A stretch of DNA of 64,000 nt from Candidatus Omnitrophota bacterium. GTDB lineage: Bacteria > Omnitrophota > Gorgyraeia > Duberdicusellales > 4484-171. The stretch spans positions 16,948 to 80,947 of the forward strand of contig WJJJ01000026.1 in assembly GCA_014729775.1 (NCBI GenBank), in the 5' to 3' direction. Numbering within the stretch: position 1 is the stretch's first letter; the number at the start of each line of letters is the position of its first letter. The translations under genes and the position numbers were made by a program. This document shows, piece after piece, positions 30,675 to 40,845 of the stretch. Under the pieces are notes generated by a model, which was not told the DNA's origin, ran no database searches, and saw only the letters and a list, made by a program, of their open reading frames with translations.

Positions 30675-31998
30675 GAAGGATCTCCTCTAACGCGGAAACA
30701 TACGCGTCTATATCCTGTTTGGTTTTCTTTTCTGTACAGCAGGAAAGAATTCCTCCGTCCAGCCCGGGAAACTCTTTGCCGGTAGGATACCCGCCCAGGA
30801 TCCCTTTGCGGCGAAGCGCCTCAAGTACCGCCGCCGGACGCGCCACCTGCCACACGAACTCATGAAACACCCCCGGTCCGTAAGGAAGTGTTACGCCGGA
30901 GAGCCCTTTCATTTTCCGGTACAGATACTGCGTGTTGCGCACACACTGGCGGGCGGTATGCGTAAGCCCCCGCGACCCCTGCAATGACAGGTACACCGCG
31001 GCGGCGATCGCCTGAAGTGAATGATTGGAACAAATATTACTGGTCGCCTTCTCTCTGCGAATGTGCTGTTCTCTGGTCTGCAGTGTCAGGCAGAAGGCGT
31101 CGTTACCGCCGGCATCGACCGTACGACCCACGATCCGGCCCGGCAACTGCCGGATCATCCGCCGGGACGCGGCTAAATACCCCCCTCCCGGTCCGCCGAA
31201 GTTCACCCCGCAGCCGAAAGGCTGGATGTCGCCGCAGATGAGATCACCCGAAGGCTGAAAGAGCGCCAGCGACAGGGGATTGGCAACGACGATCAGCAGG
31301 GTATCCGTCGTTCGGCACAGACGGTGGATCTCCTCGGCATCTTCGATCAGGCCGAAAAAATTGGGCGCCTGCACCACGCAGCAGGACACCTCTCGGCTCA
31401 GCGCGCGGCGCCAGGCGGAAATATCCAGCGTCCCGGCGGCCGCACGGGGAACCTCTTCGCAGATACATTCCTGCGCGGAAAGATACGTCCTCAGCGTACG
31501 TTTGTATTCAGGATGCACGGAATCGGCAAGCAGCACCCACCCCCGCCGGTTCAGACGAAGCGCCATGCGCACCGCTTCCCCGAGAGCAGTCGCGCCGTCG
31601 AGCAGGGACGCATTCGTCACCTCCTTGCCGGTAAGCAGACAGATGAAACTCTGATATTCAAAAATTGCCTGAAGAATACCCTGCGAACATTCCGGCTGGT
31701 AAGGGGTGTATGCCGTGACAAACTGGGGAAGCGATACCAGCGAGGAAAGCGCGGCCGGCACGTAATGGTCGTAACAGCCCGCGCCGAGAAAGGAATTCCA
31801 GCGCGAAAGCGGCGTGTTCTCCCCGGCGCGGCGGCGCAGCAGCTGGAGCACTTCGTATTCGCTCAGCCCCCGGGGAAGCGGCGGCGCAGAAAAGCGCAGC
31901 TCGTTGGGGATGTGTCGGAAAAGCTCTTCCGCGCTCCGGACGCCGATCGCATCCAGCATTTCTTTTCGTTCCTGTGAAGAATGGGGAATATACGGCAT
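30652..31998 (-). CDS. gcvPA: Glycine dehydrogenase subunit 1 (P-alpha)
   Basis: MPYIPH start, TAYTPYQPE.SQG, TREQHIRREKATSNIC. Confidence 0.97.
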   Translation of the reverse strand: MPYIPHSSQERKEMLDAIGVRSAEELFRHIPNELRFSAPPLPRGLSEYEVLQLLRRRAGENTPLSRWNSFLGAGCYDHYVPAALSSLVSLPQFVTAYTPYQPECSQGILQAIFEYQSFICLLTGKEVTNASLLDGATALGEAVRMALRLNRRGWVLLADSVHPEYKRTLRTYLSAQECICEEVPRAAAGTLDISAWRRALSREVSCCVVQAPNFFGLIEDAEEIHRLCRTTDTLLIVVANPLSLALFQPSGDLICGDIQPFGCGVNFGGPGGGYLAASRRMIRQLPGRIVGRTVDAGGNDAFCLTLQTREQHIRREKATSNICSNHSLQAIAAAVYLSLQGSRGLTHTARQCVRNTQYLYRKMKGLSGVTLPYGPGVFHEFVWQVARPAAVLEALRRKGILGGYPTGKEFPGLDGGILSCCTEKKTKQDIDAYVSALEEILHGGQVRV

Positions 31999-32056
31999 TG
32001 TGCTGGAAAAAACCGCACCCAAAACGAAACGACGCCGCGTCCCGGGTGCATCTGTT

Positions 32057-32428
32057 TTATGATTGCTGCTGAAGAAACTCCCGGTAGGCTTCCTCGTCCA
32101 TCAAGTTCTCGGCAGACTGAGGATCCGTCAGTTCTATTTTGATCATCCATCCCTTTTGCAGCGGATCTTCATTCACCCACTGGGGATTCTCGGCCAATTC
32201 TTCGTTTACCGCGATCACCTTCCCGCTCAGCGGCGAAAAAAGCTCACTGGCGGCTTTCGTCGATTCTACTGTCCCGTACTGCGACTCAGTTTCCACCGCA
32301 TCCCCGACCGAAGGAAGTTCCACGTACACTACGTCTCCCAGTTCTTTTTGCGCGTGGTCGCTGATACCGATCACCGCCGTATTTCCTTCGATGCGGGCCC
32401 ATTCATGTGTCTTACTGTAGCGAACCAT
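32057..32428 (-). CDS. gcvH: Glycine cleavage H protein
   Basis: YSKTHEW, LGDVVYVELP, lipoyl-Lys VESTKAAS. The start is reassigned to ATG 32428. Confidence 0.97.
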   Translation of the reverse strand: MVRYSKTHEWARIEGNTAVIGISDHAQKELGDVVYVELPSVGDAVETESQYGTVESTKAASELFSPLSGKVIAVNEELAENPQWVNEDPLQKGWMIKIELTDPQSAENLMDEEAYREFLQQQS

Positions 32429-32444
32429 TACGCCTCCTCTCGTT

Positions 32445-33611
32445 TCAGCACCTTGCTCCCGGTCCCTCCCTGCGTGGTTTCGGACAGCACCCGCTCTCAC
32501 AAGGTATTCCTTTCTGTTTAGTGTGAATGGGCACAAAGGGAAGATCAGTCACGACTGAATCCGCCGCCTGCCCCCTGATCATCGTCACCACCCGCTGTCC
32601 GGCTTGGGCGTATCCGGACTCAATCCGGACCATCGCGATACTCTTCTGAAGCGCGGGGGAAAAGGTACCGCTGGTCACCGTGCCCACCTGTCTGCCCGCT
32701 GCGTACACCGGATATCCCGTTCTCGCGATTTTCGCGCGTTCCAGCACGATCCCCGTGCGTACCACCGATCCCGGCTGAGCCCGTTCTCCGGCCAGCGCGC
32801 TGCGCCCGATAAAATCGGCCTTGCCCATTTTTACGGCCCAGCCCACGCCGGCCGCGAAGGGGCGAGTATTCTCATCGATCTCCTGACCGTACAAGGGATA
32901 TCCCGCTTCAATGCGAAGAATGTCACGGGCCCCGAGCCCGCAGGCACGCATGCCGCATTCCTCCCCGGAGGCACAGAGTAGCTCCCATAGCCGCAGCGCG
33001 GCCGCGGCGGGGAGAGATATCTCAAAACCCAATTCACCGGTGTACCCGCTGCGCAGCAGCGTGAGTGAATGATCCCCCCACCGGGTCCTGCTTACCGACA
33101 TATACTCCAGCTCCCGCGCCGCGGGAACGGCCTTTTCGACCACCGCGGCGGAAGCGGGCCCCTGCACCGAAATAAAGGCGCGCTCCTCCGTCTGATCCGC
33201 AACCGAGACGTCTTCATCTTCAATTGCGGCACGCAGCCGGTGCAGGATTTTCTGCCGGTTGACTGCATTCACCACGCAGAGATATTCTTCCGAAAGAGAT
33301 CCAAGAATACAGTCATCAAGAACCGTCCCTTCAGATGACAGGAAAAGAGTATACTGCAGACGCCCCTCAGCAAGCGCTTCCACGTCATTCGAAGTCATCC
33401 TCTGGAGGAACCGCGGCGCATCGGACCCCCTGATCGAAAGGTGTCCCATGTGCGACACATCAAAGATCCCGCAGGAATCCCTCACGGCTCTGGCTTCCGC
33501 CAGACTGCCGTCATAGCGCAGCGGGAGACACCATCCGGCGAAACTCACCATGCGCGCCTGACGGTTTCGATGCCACGAAAACAAAGGAGTTTTTCTTGAC
33601 TGAAAACTCAT
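32445..33611 (-). CDS. gcvT: Aminomethyltransferase (glycine cleavage T)
   Basis: FDVSHMG, SGYTGE.GFE, GLGARD.LRIEAG, VTSG.FSP. Confidence 0.96.
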   Translation of the reverse strand: MSFQSRKTPLFSWHRNRQARMVSFAGWCLPLRYDGSLAEARAVRDSCGIFDVSHMGHLSIRGSDAPRFLQRMTSNDVEALAEGRLQYTLFLSSEGTVLDDCILGSLSEEYLCVVNAVNRQKILHRLRAAIEDEDVSVADQTEERAFISVQGPASAAVVEKAVPAARELEYMSVSRTRWGDHSLTLLRSGYTGELGFEISLPAAAALRLWELLCASGEECGMRACGLGARDILRIEAGYPLYGQEIDENTRPFAAGVGWAVKMGKADFIGRSALAGERAQPGSVVRTGIVLERAKIARTGYPVYAAGRQVGTVTSGTFSPALQKSIAMVRIESGYAQAGQRVVTMIRGQAADSVVTDLPFVPIHTKQKGIPCESGCCPKPRREGPGARC

Positions 33612-33652
33612 TTCCTGCTCCGATAAAAGTCAAATTTTATCATAGAAACCGC

Positions 33653-34465
33653 TCAATGTAATGATAATTTTTCAAAAAAATCAGCAGCGAGTTGACGGAA
33701 CACGCCGTCGGCAGAAAAATCAAGGGCCGTTGGTTCCGGATTGACCACGAACACTTTCTTCGCATGCTGTCTTGCGTATCCGGGAAGCGACGCCGCAGGA
33801 TACACGCTCCCGCTCGTACCCACGCAAAGAAGTACGCCGGCTTCAAAAATATAGCGCCGGGCGGATTCCAGCGGTTCCAGAGGCAGCTGCTGCCCGAAGA
33901 GTACCACCGCCGGCGTGAGCCTGCCCCTGCACTCCGGGCAGGTCCCCCGCAGCCGGAGAATCCACGCTCGAATACGCCGGCGAGTGGACGCGGAGGAAAG
34001 GCCGTTCAGCAGCCGCCTGCATTCTTGCGGAGTCCTCCTCCGGCGGATACCGCAGTGCGGGCATCGCATTCCCATAGCGCTTCCGTGAATCTGCGCGACC
34101 CGGATCGATCCGGCGCGGCGGTGAAGATCGTCGATATTCTGAGTGATCACTCCGCTCACCCATCCTTCCTGCTCCAGCCGGACCAGTATCCGGTGGACGG
34201 CATTGGGCTCTGCCTTCAGCAAAACCCCGTACCACTCACATAAAAATTCCTTGAGCACACGGGGATCGTTCCTAAACAGCGATGTCAGTCCTTCTTCGGT
34301 CGCGAACCGTTCCGGATCATACCGGGCCCAGAGCCCCCCTGTTCCCCGAAACGCGGGAATCCCGCTGGCTACGGAGATCCCCGCGCCGCACAGTACCGCG
34401 GTTTTTTCATTCCGGATCAAGGTCCGAATTTGTTCCATTCCCTTTGTTCTCGTCATAGGCGTCAT
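33653..34465 (-). CDS. cobB: NAD-dependent deacylase (sirtuin)
   Basis: GAGIS..SGIP.FRG, TQNIDDLH, HGS, CxxC..CxxC, GTS..VYPAA. Confidence 0.92.
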   Translation of the reverse strand: MTPMTRTKGMEQIRTLIRNEKTAVLCGAGISVASGIPAFRGTGGLWARYDPERFATEEGLTSLFRNDPRVLKEFLCEWYGVLLKAEPNAVHRILVRLEQEGWVSGVITQNIDDLHRRAGSIRVAQIHGSAMGMRCPHCGIRRRRTPQECRRLLNGLSSASTRRRIRAWILRLRGTCPECRGRLTPAVVLFGQQLPLEPLESARRYIFEAGVLLCVGTSGSVYPAASLPGYARQHAKKVFVVNPEPTALDFSADGVFRQLAADFFEKLSLH

Positions 34466-35140
34466 TTATTCCGGCTGAATTTCGATATAGGAAATCGTCC
34501 GTGCTGCACCGCGATTACGCCGGTATGAAGGAAAACTCATGGGACTACACCGGCTGCAGACCTCAAATGAAATAAAATCTTCGTTTGCCAGACCCCGTTT
34601 TCTCAGAAACGCAGAGGCAAAGGAGACCGGATCGAAAAACAGTTTTCCCCCGCGGGAATGAACTGACCCTGCCAGCGGCCCGTCGAGGAAGCTGCGTGCA
34701 ACTTCATAACAGCAGCGGCGCAGACCGATCCCGGCGATTACCTGAAACTCCGCCAGCGGACCGGGAACGCGGCCAAGGATCCCCGCGGCGGCCGAACGCC
34801 ATCCCATGTGCACCAGCCCGACGAGGGAACCGGCCTTCTTGACGAAATACAGCGGCAGACAATCCGCGGTACGGATCGTCAGGATCAGTCCCGGCCGGGC
34901 AGTGAACAACCCGTCGCCGGTCCTGCTCCCGGCATCCGTGAAATGATGGACGCACCCCCCGTGGACTTGCCGCAGAAACGCGTGCCCGGACTCCTGCGGG
35001 ACCTCGGGAAGAGACTCCAAATCCTGGGGAACCGCGCCAAACACCCCGGGGCCGCTGAATCCCGCCCTCACTTTTCCCCTCAGAAACTGGTACCATCCGT
35101 CGACAGCTTCAGTCTTCTCCGACAGAGACCACCTTTTCAC
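34466..35140 (-). CDS. pgeF: Purine nucleoside phosphorylase/polyphenol oxidase family (YfiH/PgeF)
   Basis: QVHG, TADCLP, HMGWR, CCYEV, SYRR. Confidence 0.9.
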   Translation of the reverse strand: MKRWSLSEKTEAVDGWYQFLRGKVRAGFSGPGVFGAVPQDLESLPEVPQESGHAFLRQVHGGCVHHFTDAGSRTGDGLFTARPGLILTIRTADCLPLYFVKKAGSLVGLVHMGWRSAAAGILGRVPGPLAEFQVIAGIGLRRCCYEVARSFLDGPLAGSVHSRGGKLFFDPVSFASAFLRKRGLANEDFISFEVCSRCSPMSFPSYRRNRGAARTISYIEIQPE

Positions 35141-35330
35141 GGGACTTTTCTCCTTTTATAATGGAAATCTCCGATTTCCGGACGCGAAAATAGTCCGCGA
35201 GCACGACTTTGAGCCGCTTATTGGCCTTGCCGTCGCGGGCAGGTTCGCTCAAATAGACCTTCACCTGTTCCCCGGAACGTTCAACTCGTTCTTTTTTCGC
35301 CCGGGGGATAACTTTGATTTTCAGCTTCAT
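35109..35330 (-). CDS. DUF167 (YggU) family protein
   Basis: KVIPRAK, PARDGKAN, GEKSREK. The start is reassigned to ATG 35330. Confidence 0.9.
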   Translation of the reverse strand: MKLKIKVIPRAKKERVERSGEQVKVYLSEPARDGKANKRLKVVLADYFRVRKSEISIIKGEKSREKVVSVGED

Positions 35331-36519
35331 GGGTGAAAGGGAGTATCTCTGACTGGTGATATTCGGCAGAAGGCAGACTTTGCACGTTTCGCAGCCGGCG
35401 TTCGATCGTACGCGATTTACGGCTCGCGGCGTCAATGGTATTGCTCGCTTCTGACAGCTTCTTGCGGGTTTTCTCCAGAATATCTCCGAACTTCGCGAAT
35501 TCGGTCTTTACCGACGCCAGTAACTGCCACACCTCACTGGATCTTTTCTGGATCGCGAGTGTCCGGAATCCCATTTGCAGACTATTGAGCACCGCGGTCA
35601 GCGTGGTCGGCCCGGCGGCAACTACCTGAAATTCCCGCCGCAAAGTATCGAACAGGCCGGGCCGGCGAAGCACCTCCGCGAACAGACCTTCAGTCGGCAG
35701 ATACAGGATCGCGAAATCCGTGGTATGAGGCGGATCGATGTACTTCTGCCGGATATTTTTCGCTTCGGTTTTAATTCTCGTCTCCAGCTGTTTCGTCCAC
35801 CGCTCAACCGACTCGGCATCGCCGGATTCCTGCGCCTGACACAGTCTTTGATAATCCTCCTGAGGAAACTTGGCGTCGATGGGAAGGAAAACAGGTTGTC
35901 TGTTGTCCTCTCCTCCGGGGAGCTTGATCGCGAACTCTACCCGGTCGGCTGTCCCTTTTTTCGTAGACACATTCGTGAGATACTGCTCCGGCGTCAGCAT
36001 CTGTTCCAGAAGCATTCCCAGCTGAATTTCACCCCAGGTCCCGCGCGTCTTCACGTTGGTCAGCACCTTCTTGAGATCCCCGACGCTGGTCGCCAGAGAA
36101 TGCATTTCTCCCAGTCCCCGGTGCACCGATTCCAGACGGTCACTGACGACTTTAAACGACTCTCCCAGCCGTCGTTCCAGGGTGCTCTGCAGTTTCTCGT
36201 CCACGACCATCCGCATCTGGTCCAGCTTGGCGGCATTCTCCGTTTCCATTTTTTCCAGACGTTCGCGTACCGTTCCCCGGATCGCATCCAGCATCCCGGA
36301 TATTTCATTTCGGTCCTGCCGTGCATTAGCCGCGGATTCGTGCCGGTTCCGGGATATTTCATCCCTGACCGTCTGTTCTATCCGGCCAAGGTTCTTTTCC
36401 AGAAGCTCAAGCTGAACCCTGAGCCGGGCGGGAACCCGTCCCTGCCGAAAAAACAGCGCCGCGACCGCAGCAGTCAGCACCACGCTTGTCCCCAAAATGA
36501 GTAGCAGTTCTGCGTTCAT
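35281..36519 (-). CDS. rmuC: DNA recombination protein RmuC
   Basis: KTRGTWGE, PIDAKFP, KYIDPPHTTDFA, GPTTL.A.LNSLQMGF. Confidence 0.96.
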   Translation of the reverse strand: MNAELLLILGTSVVLTAAVAALFFRQGRVPARLRVQLELLEKNLGRIEQTVRDEISRNRHESAANARQDRNEISGMLDAIRGTVRERLEKMETENAAKLDQMRMVVDEKLQSTLERRLGESFKVVSDRLESVHRGLGEMHSLATSVGDLKKVLTNVKTRGTWGEIQLGMLLEQMLTPEQYLTNVSTKKGTADRVEFAIKLPGGEDNRQPVFLPIDAKFPQEDYQRLCQAQESGDAESVERWTKQLETRIKTEAKNIRQKYIDPPHTTDFAILYLPTEGLFAEVLRRPGLFDTLRREFQVVAAGPTTLTAVLNSLQMGFRTLAIQKRSSEVWQLLASVKTEFAKFGDILEKTRKKLSEASNTIDAASRKSRTIERRLRNVQSLPSAEYHQSEILPFTHEAENQSYPPGEKRTS

Positions 36520-37103
36520 TCGCTTTTACCCGAAAGATATTCGTCGACCCGGTGAAAGATCTCCTCCGGCGGCATCATCCGTCCTTCGCCGGAACTTCCG
36601 CAGGCAAGCGCTCCCCGTCCGGGGGAGAGAAGTTCGTACTGCGTCCGCCGGAATAATTTATCGGTGTTATCCAGAATCACCGTATTATTCCACATATGCG
36701 TGTTCATCGCCGGCGCGCAGAAAATTTTTTTCTCTTCCGGGAACGCGCACATCACGGTCGTGAGCAAATTATCGCAGATTCCGATGGCCAGCTTCGACAG
36801 AGTATTCGCGGAAAGCGGCGCGATGACGCATGCCTCTGCCCACTGCGCGAGCCCTATGTGTTTGGTACGCTGTTCTTCTCCGGGGGAGAACATCCGCACG
36901 AACACCGCCTCGCCGCTCAAAGACCGGAACACTCTCGGCGAAACAAACCGGGCCGCGGCCGGAGTCATGACTACCTTCACCCGGCACCCCGCTTTTACGC
37001 ACAGCCGGACCAACTCACAGGTCTTATAAGAAGAAATTCCTCCGCAGACCCCGATAAGAATATTATGCTGCTCGTCGTGCATCTTTCCCTTTGAGAGACT
37101 CAA
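36516..37103 (-). CDS. coaC: Phosphopantothenoylcysteine decarboxylase (stand-alone CoaC flavoprotein)
   Basis: GGISSYK, HI.LA, APLSANTL.K, PAMN..MW, LACG..G.GR. No CoaB half. Confidence 0.88.
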   Translation of the reverse strand: MSLSKGKMHDEQHNILIGVCGGISSYKTCELVRLCVKAGCRVKVVMTPAAARFVSPRVFRSLSGEAVFVRMFSPGEEQRTKHIGLAQWAEACVIAPLSANTLSKLAIGICDNLLTTVMCAFPEEKKIFCAPAMNTHMWNNTVILDNTDKLFRRTQYELLSPGRGALACGSSGEGRMMPPEEIFHRVDEYLSGKSE

Positions 37104-38125
37104 AACAGTTTATCCTGGGTTTGCCTGGGATCCTGGATTCCCATATGAAGATAGGCCCGATGGGCCGCGACGCGCCCGCGGGGAGTTCTCACGATGAATC
37201 CGTTCGCGAGCAGGTACGGCTCAACGACCTCCTCAAGAGTGCCCCGGTCCTCCCCCAATGATGCCGCGATCGCGTCGATCCCGGCCGGCCCCCCCTGATG
37301 AAGATCGATGATCGTGCGCAAATATTTGCGGTCCATATCGTCCAGTCCCTGTTCATCGACCCTGATCTGATCCAAAGCTCGCCGCGCGGTAGGCATGTCG
37401 ATGTTCCCGTCCCCCATGACCTGGGCGTAATCCCGCACCCTTTTAAGAATCCGGTTGCATAACCGGGGCGCCCCCCGGGACCGGCGGGCGATCTCTGCCG
37501 CGCTTGCGGTGTCAATCGCGATATCGAGCAGCTCCGCGCTGCGGCGGGTCACCGTGGCCAGATCCTGAGCCGGATAAAAATCAAAATCAAAGAATAAACC
37601 GAACCGCCCCCGCAGAGGAGCGCTCAACAGCCCCTTGCGCGTGGTGGCGCCGATCAGCGTAAAAGGTTTTAAATTGAATTTCACGCTTTTCGCGTAAGGA
37701 CCCTTGTCGATCACGAAATCGATCTGATAATTCTCTATCGCGGGGTAAAGGAACTCTTCCACCACCTTGGACAGCCGGTGAATTTCATCGATAAACAGCA
37801 CGTCCCCTTTTTCCAGATTAGTCAAAATCCCCACCAGGTCCCCGGCCCGTTCGATCGCCGGACCGCTGGTCGCGGTAAGCTTGGCGTTCATTTCGCGCGC
37901 GATACAATAGGCCAGACTCGTCTTTCCCAGACCGGGCGGTCCGGAAAGGAGCACGTGTTCCAAAGGTTCTTCCCTTTGCTTCGCCGCTTCGATCGCGATC
38001 TTCAGCGACGACACGATTTTTTTCTGCCCGATGAATTCATCGAGATTCTGCGGACGAAGGGAGAGGTTTATTATCCTCTCTTCCTCGTTTTCCTGCCCGT
38101 AATCGACCAGCCTGTCTTCGTTCAT
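37100..38125 (-). CDS. ruvB: Holliday junction branch migration helicase
   Basis: LRP..L.EFIGQ, GPPGLGKT, FIDEIHRL, EPYL..TPRGR. Confidence 0.98.
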   Translation of the reverse strand: MNEDRLVDYGQENEEERIINLSLRPQNLDEFIGQKKIVSSLKIAIEAAKQREEPLEHVLLSGPPGLGKTSLAYCIAREMNAKLTATSGPAIERAGDLVGILTNLEKGDVLFIDEIHRLSKVVEEFLYPAIENYQIDFVIDKGPYAKSVKFNLKPFTLIGATTRKGLLSAPLRGRFGLFFDFDFYPAQDLATVTRRSAELLDIAIDTASAAEIARRSRGAPRLCNRILKRVRDYAQVMGDGNIDMPTARRALDQIRVDEQGLDDMDRKYLRTIIDLHQGGPAGIDAIAASLGEDRGTLEEVVEPYLLANGFIVRTPRGRVAAHRAYLHMGIQDPRQTQDKLF

Positions 38126-38130
38126 ATCAG

Positions 38131-38841
38131 TTAGAGAGATGACGCGACGTTTTCCTTGCGCGCGATATGAATATCGCCGAACTGCTGTTTCTGTACCGCG
38201 ACGATCTCGCGCATTTTTATCAGTTCCAATATAGCCAGAAACGTCACCACGATCTCCAGTTTATTGCGGGCCTTCTGAAACAGCGTGTGCAGCGCGACCG
38301 TGTCTTTCACTACAAGGGTGTGCAGCAGATCGTGCATCTTTTCTTCCACGGTATATTCATCTTTGATGATTTCAAAGAACATATCCCGGGGAACCTCGGT
38401 CAGCGCCTGTCTAAACGCGCTGATGAGATCAAAAATAGAAGCTTCTACGTAGACTTCCTTTTTCTGTTCCCCGGTCGACTGCCGGCTGCGGTACTTCAAC
38501 CTGTCGCGTTCTTTTATCTTCAGGAAATCCGCGGCTTCCTTGAACTTCTCATACTCAATGAGTTTCTGCACCAGTTCTTCACGGGGATCCTCTTCGGGTT
38601 CTTCTTCCTCTTTCTCCTCCTGCGGCAGCAGCATTTTCGATTTAATGCTCACCAGCGTAGCCGCCATTACAAGATATTCGGACGCGACATTAATATCCAG
38701 CAGTTTCATCAGCTCCAGGTAATGGAGATACTGGTCCACGACCACTGAAATCTCGATATCGGTAATGTTCAGGTGATTTTTTTTGATGAGATAAAGAAGC
38801 AGGTCAAGAGGACCTTCGAAGATATCCAGATTTACACGCAT
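38131..38841 (-). CDS. scpA: Segregation/condensation protein A
   Basis: FEGPLDLLLYLI, YLVMAATL..IKS, TFLAILEL. Confidence 0.95.
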   Translation of the reverse strand: MRVNLDIFEGPLDLLLYLIKKNHLNITDIEISVVVDQYLHYLELMKLLDINVASEYLVMAATLVSIKSKMLLPQEEKEEEEPEEDPREELVQKLIEYEKFKEAADFLKIKERDRLKYRSRQSTGEQKKEVYVEASIFDLISAFRQALTEVPRDMFFEIIKDEYTVEEKMHDLLHTLVVKDTVALHTLFQKARNKLEIVVTFLAILELIKMREIVAVQKQQFGDIHIARKENVASSL

Positions 38842-38876
38842 GCGTACCCCTTCGGAATTAATTTCGCGTTGATTTC

Positions 38877-38906
38877 AGTATATCACATCCCCCGCGGCCC
38901 GTTGAA
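38877..38906 (-). promoter_or_regulatory. Putative promoter for the scpA-ruvB unit
   Basis: Extended -10 TGaTATACT with a weak -35 TTCAAC. Confidence 0.45.
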
Positions 38907-38931
38907 GAAAAAAGCTTCCGGCGCGGTTCGT

Positions 38932-40845
38932 TCACAGACGGCGGGTAATGACCTCCTCCGCGTAGGCGTCGATGCGGTCGCCTTCCTGTATTTGATCATA
39001 GCCGGTACCGATACCGCACTCGTATCCTTCCGCGACTTCCTTGACGTCTTCCTTAAACCGTTTCAGTGAACGGATCTTGCCTTCGTGAACGACTTCATTC
39101 TCCCGGCTCACCTGGCAAATGGCTCCGCGGGCGATTTTTCCTTTTTCGATCATGCACCCGGCTATTTTCCCGGATCTACTCAGGGAAAACACCGTTTTCA
39201 CCACCGCGCGTCCGGTAAAAATCTTTTTCACGTGCGGCGAGAGCAGTCCTTCAAGCGCCGCTTTCACGTCATCAATAAGTTCATAAATGATCTGGTACAC
39301 CCTGATCTCAATCCCTTTGCTTTTGGCCAGGTCACGCACGGACGCGTCGGCGGTCACTTTAAAGCCCACGATCACCGCGTCACTCACCTCGGCAAGCAGC
39401 ACGTCCGAAGAATTCACCGCGCCTATGCCTTTGTGAACCAGCTGTAGTTCGACCTCTTTGGAAGAGATATTGCGCAGGGACCCTTCCACCGCTTCCAGGG
39501 TGCCGCCCACATCCGCTTTCAGGATCACTTTCAGCTGTTTTACTTCTCCTTCCTGGACCTTCTTGTATAAATCCTCCAGCTTCATGTGAGAAGACGGAGC
39601 GAGTTTTTTCCGCTTGGCTTCTTCCCGCCGCTTTTCAACGATCTCCCGGCCCTGGTGTTCATCGGAAACCACATAGAGCTGATCACCCGGATTAGGAACT
39701 CCGTTGAGTCCTAATATCTCGACAGGCGCGGCGGGGCCGGCCTCTTCCGTTCCTTCCCCTTTATCGTCCAGCATCGCTTTCACCCGTCCCAGCTCGGTTC
39801 CGCACACGCACCAGTCACCGACGCGCAGCACCCCTTCCTGCACCAGCACCGTGGCCAGAGGACCCTTTCCCGGCGACAGCCGGGCTTCCACCACGACCCC
39901 TTTTGCCCGGCGGCCGTAATCCGCCTTCAACTCCATAATTTCGGCCTGCAGCAGAATAAGTTCAAGCAGTTCATCAATGCCTTCCCCCGTTTTGGCGGAC
40001 ACCTTGACCGTAGGCGTCTGCCCGCCCCAGTCTTCAGGAGCGAGTTCGTGCTTGGAAAGCTGCTGTTTCACCATATCCACGTCAGCGGTCGGAAGGTCGC
40101 ACTTGTTTACCGCGACAATGATCGGCACGTCAGCGGCACGGGCGTGATCAAGCGCCTCCACCGTCTGAGGTTTTACCCCGTCATCAGCGGCGACGACCAG
40201 TATGACGATGTCGGTAATATTCGCTCCCCGCGCGCGCATTTCGGTAAAAGTTTCATGGCCGGGCGTGTCAACGAAAGAAATATTTCCTTTGGGAAGCCGG
40301 ATCTGGTAGGCGCCGATATGCTGGGTAATCCCTCCGGTTTCCTTCTCCGTGATCGTACTTTTCCGGATATAATCAAGAATACTCGTTTTTCCGTGGTCGA
40401 TATGCCCCATGAGAGTAATGACCGGCGGACGGGACTTCAGCTCCTGCGTTTCTTCAACCTGCAGGACCTGCTCCTCGGTCGTCGGTTTTTGGCGCAGATT
40501 TACTTTATACTTGTAGGCAAGCGCCGATGCGGTCTGTTCATCAAGCGCTTGATTGATATTGAACATTTTCCCTTGACGCAGCAAATCCCCCATAATTTCA
40601 GACGGCTTCTTATTCAATTTGACCGCAAGCTCCTTGACCGTAATCGGGAAATCAACCTCGATAACGTTCTGTTCGATTTCTCTCTGTTTCAGGTTTTCCA
40701 CTTCGTGCTTGATGATTTCCGCCGTGTCTTTATCGACGCTGGACATATGGCTTTTGACCGGAAAATTCAGCTTCTTGAGTTTCTCGATCAAGGCCTTACT
40801 GTCAACGCCCATTTCTTTTGCGAGCTCATGTATTCTCATACTCAA
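38932..40845 (-). CDS. infB: Translation initiation factor IF-2 (compact)
   Basis: [30 protein letters not shown]. Confidence 0.98.
   Translation of the reverse strand: MSMRIHELAKEMGVDSKALIEKLKKLNFPVKSHMSSVDKDTAEIIKHEVENLKQREIEQNVIEVDFPITVKELAVKLNKKPSEIMGDLLRQGKMFNINQALDEQTASALAYKYKVNLRQKPTTEEQVLQVEETQELKSRPPVITLMGHIDHGKTSILDYIRKSTITEKETGGITQHIGAYQIRLPKGNISFVDTPGHETFTEMRARGANITDIVILVVAADDGVKPQTVEALDHARAADVPIIVAVNKCDLPTADVDMVKQQLSKHELAPEDWGGQTPTVKVSAKTGEGIDELLELILLQAEIMELKADYGRRAKGVVVEARLSPGKGPLATVLVQEGVLRVGDWCVCGTELGRVKAMLDDKGEGTEEAGPAAPVEILGLNGVPNPGDQLYVVSDEHQGREIVEKRREEAKRKKLAPSSHMKLEDLYKKVQEGEVKQLKVILKADVGGTLEAVEGSLRNISSKEVELQLVHKGIGAVNSSDVLLAEVSDAVIVGFKVTADASVRDLAKSKGIEIRVYQIIYELIDDVKAALEGLLSPHVKKIFTGRAVVKTVFSLSRSGKIAGCMIEKGKIARGAICQVSRENEVVHEGKIRSLKRFKEDVKEVAEGYECGIGTGYDQIQEGDRIDAYAEEVITRRL

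Noticed and set aside
32445-32520. Cys-rich C-terminal extension of GcvT
   Set aside because: Looks like a non-conserved run-on into the spacer before gcvH, with no supportable function.
33612-33652. Glycine riboswitch before gcvT
   Set aside because: Only 41 bp of intergenic space and no aptamer motifs.
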